The position numbers and the translations under genes were made by a program. The notes under the pieces are model-generated. The model was not told where the DNA came from, did not search any database, and worked only from the letters and a program-made list of their open reading frames with translations. A DNA stretch of 63,554 nt, counting the filler, from Globobulimina sp. (taxonomy: Eukaryota), in the NCBI GenBank assembly GCA_003354225.1. It is 31 parts of 31 records of this genome, joined end to end, with 100 filler letters (N's around TTAATTAATTAA, not from the genome) between each part and the next. Parts side by side here need not be neighbours in the genome. Positions count along the whole stretch, not along the records: positions 61,603 to 63,554 come from PIVH01010263.1; 30 more parts are not named here. The stretch is one strand, 5' to 3'. Positions 61,503-63,554 of the stretch are shown here, one piece after another (the first letter of the stretch is position 1; every line of letters starts with the position of its first letter).

Positions 61503-62042
61503 NNNNNNNNNNNNNNNNNNNNNNNNNNNNNNNNNNNNNNNNNNNNTTAATTAATTAANNNNNNNNNNNNNNNNNNNNNNNNNNNNNNNNNNNNNNNNNN
61601 NNTCTGAGGCATAACAAGCGTTCGTGTGATCACATATTACTGTACAATCTTCTCCAGGTAAGCAATAGATTGACATATGGTTATATTTAAGTGTGCTATG
61701 TCCTCGAATGATATTAGCGTTATGAGGTGCTTGTGTTTTGTGTGTTGAATTGTCATTGTGTTTGTGTAGGAAATATGTGGTACGATGACTGTTACTTACC
61801 TAGTATAGCGATGACTGCCAGAAATACATGGAAAGATGCCATTGTATTTTATTTGCACGTGGATACTTAACTTTAGAGCTGAGTTTTTTTATTCATGGGA
61901 ATAGAATCTTCATCACAAACACAGTGGCAACATAAAAACTATTTGTTGTGCTGTACAACACTGGAGGACAAGAATGATATACACAACTTATTCAAGAAAT
62001 GAAACATTATTCTAACAGATGTGATTTATCGATATCCAACAA

Positions 62043-63524
62043 ATGATGCTCACCAATGTTCCATTTACAATTGTATTTATCCTGAATCTATTAACAAGAT
62101 TCCCACTGTCATTGGTTTCAGATGATCATAATAATGGTGGTCAATCGTCTACGTTCAAACGCTATCTTGTCAAATGCATTGAAAAATATTTTCTTGACAA
62201 CCACAAACCAGATGAAATACCTTTATTATATGCGATAATATGCGATTACATATCAGATAGTTTAACAAAATTGAGTTTTGATCACAAACAATTGAAACAA
62301 CATTACAAAACACTAAAACGCGAATCTATAAAATATCATGAATCAGCAGTCGAATATTTAATGAGGCACAGTCACAATGAATCAAGTAATTTAACATCAG
62401 ATTTATCCAAATCTTTCGCAAAACTATTACAAGAAACACAGTCTACGTTGTTGCCTATGGATTTTTTAAATAAATTGACCGCCCGCAACAATGACATTGC
62501 TTCAACTTTGAAAAGATGGAATTCTTGCAAAAATTCAATTTTTTTGATGAACGAATCATTTAAACTTTTTGTTGTGGGCCACAGAAATTATTCAATATAT
62601 CATCGCGACTCTGACGATTTTTGCAAAGCTGGCTTTGTGTTTGTTTGTGAAATGGCAAAGCGAATGATACAGCATGATTTTCCTAAAAAATATAAAAAAT
62701 CAACGTATCAGAAAAGATACAAATATTTATTAAAAATAGCATTGAAATCAGTGACGAAATACATCGGAACTGATGGTGATGTTGAACGCTATGGATTGTA
62801 TCATATTTATTTGGGATATTATTATGCGATATTTTGCAGAAAAAAGAATAATTTGGAGATGTCACTCAGATTTTTGTATACGGGGATTAGTATAATCCAT
62901 AAATATGATAAATATACGCAGACATTGTTGGATGTCTACATTTTTGTTGTGTGGATCGAAAAAGCGTTATGCAATTTCGATGAATGTATCAAAGTTATAA
63001 CAATGCGTATGGATTTTAATCGGTATTATAAGTTAACAGTGGAATTGAATGAGGATAAGGAGGCTTTGAAGGAATTGGAAAGAATACAAAAATTGAATAA
63101 ATGGCAGAAAAAAGCGTATGCTAAAAAATATTGGGTTTACCATTTACAAACAAGGAAATATGCCACTTTAAAAGATCCGATATATTCACAATCTTTGTCT
63201 TCGTGGACTTATTATTTTGAACATGATGAATGGTATCAAGTGATGAAGAATATTTGTATGATGAAAGAATGCAATTATTCAAAATGTAGAACAAAGAGTG
63301 TTAAGTTGCGTAAATGTGCGAAATGCAAATCTGTATTTTATTGTTGTAGAAAACATCAAAAGATTGATTGGAATACAAAGCATAGCATTGAATGTCAATT
63401 ATCCAACGAAAGAAATCCATTTATTACCCTGAAAAACACAATAAAGCGTTGGAAAGAGTTGGAGTATTACGACAATGTTGTGCGACGTGATAAACATGTT
63501 CGCTTAGTAGACATCTTTAGTTAA
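62043..63524 (+). CDS. zf-MYND protein with helical (TPR-like) N-terminal region
   Basis: ECNYSKC..LRKCAKCKSVFYCCRKHQKIDWNTKHSIEC. Confidence 0.85.
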   Translation: MMLTNVPFTIVFILNLLTRFPLSLVSDDHNNGGQSSTFKRYLVKCIEKYFLDNHKPDEIPLLYAIICDYISDSLTKLSFDHKQLKQHYKTLKRESIKYHESAVEYLMRHSHNESSNLTSDLSKSFAKLLQETQSTLLPMDFLNKLTARNNDIASTLKRWNSCKNSIFLMNESFKLFVVGHRNYSIYHRDSDDFCKAGFVFVCEMAKRMIQHDFPKKYKKSTYQKRYKYLLKIALKSVTKYIGTDGDVERYGLYHIYLGYYYAIFCRKKNNLEMSLRFLYTGISIIHKYDKYTQTLLDVYIFVVWIEKALCNFDECIKVITMRMDFNRYYKLTVELNEDKEALKELERIQKLNKWQKKAYAKKYWVYHLQTRKYATLKDPIYSQSLSSWTYYFEHDEWYQVMKNICMMKECNYSKCRTKSVKLRKCAKCKSVFYCCRKHQKIDWNTKHSIECQLSNERNPFITLKNTIKRWKELEYYDNVVRRDKHVRLVDIFS

Positions 63525-63554
63525 TCTATCATTGTAGTTACAGACGGCTTAAAT

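Noticed and set aside
1956-61602. Regularly spaced TTAATTAATTAA as a CRISPR-like or biological repeat
   Set aside because: Always centred in N runs with a fixed 100-bp length; it is a concatenation linker.
62160-62252. YLVKCIEKYFLDNHKPDEIPLLYAIICDY as a fifth copy of the SOCS-like module
   Set aside because: Lacks the FG[YF] core and spacing; too weak to claim without a profile search.
1-63554. Gene neighbourhood or operon-like system spanning spacers
   Set aside because: Contigs are ordered by length, so adjacency across spacers carries no biological meaning.

Overview
This window is not one locus. It is 31 unlinked assembly contigs of 1952-1955 bp, sorted by decreasing length and joined by artificial 100-bp spacers (N44-TTAATTAATTAA-N44). 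The DNA is AT-rich, gene-dense and eukaryotic, with short GT-AG introns. The gene content suggests a rhizarian, probably a foraminiferan (inference only). Recognisable genes include SppA, eIF4E, NMD3, COMMD4, a Vps4-like AAA protein, a G-alpha-like protein, D-glutamate cyclase, annexin, NELF-C/D, SDR, AKR, kinases, and PH, CAP-Gly, F-box, TLDc, SAM, zf-MYND and 7TM proteins, plus LTR and non-LTR retroelement pieces. The most interesting signal is a ~30-aa motif (hydrophobic-hydrophobic-FG[YF]-x(10-11)-[IV]Pxx[IL][IM]xx[IC]xx[FY]) that resembles a SOCS/BC-box plus cullin box. It recurs in four unrelated proteins on different contigs, and in two cases it is grafted in-frame into catalytically degenerate paralogs of G-alpha and Vps4, which suggests decoy-type ubiquitin-ligase adaptors (hypothesis). 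Other notable items are a PPT-LTR-PBS junction, a self-overlapping (circular or tandem) 1834-bp contig, a CAP-Gly plus polytopic membrane fusion, an ER-type pseudo-AKR, and single in-frame stops in annexin and NMD3. All family calls come from motif recognition by eye; no searches were run.
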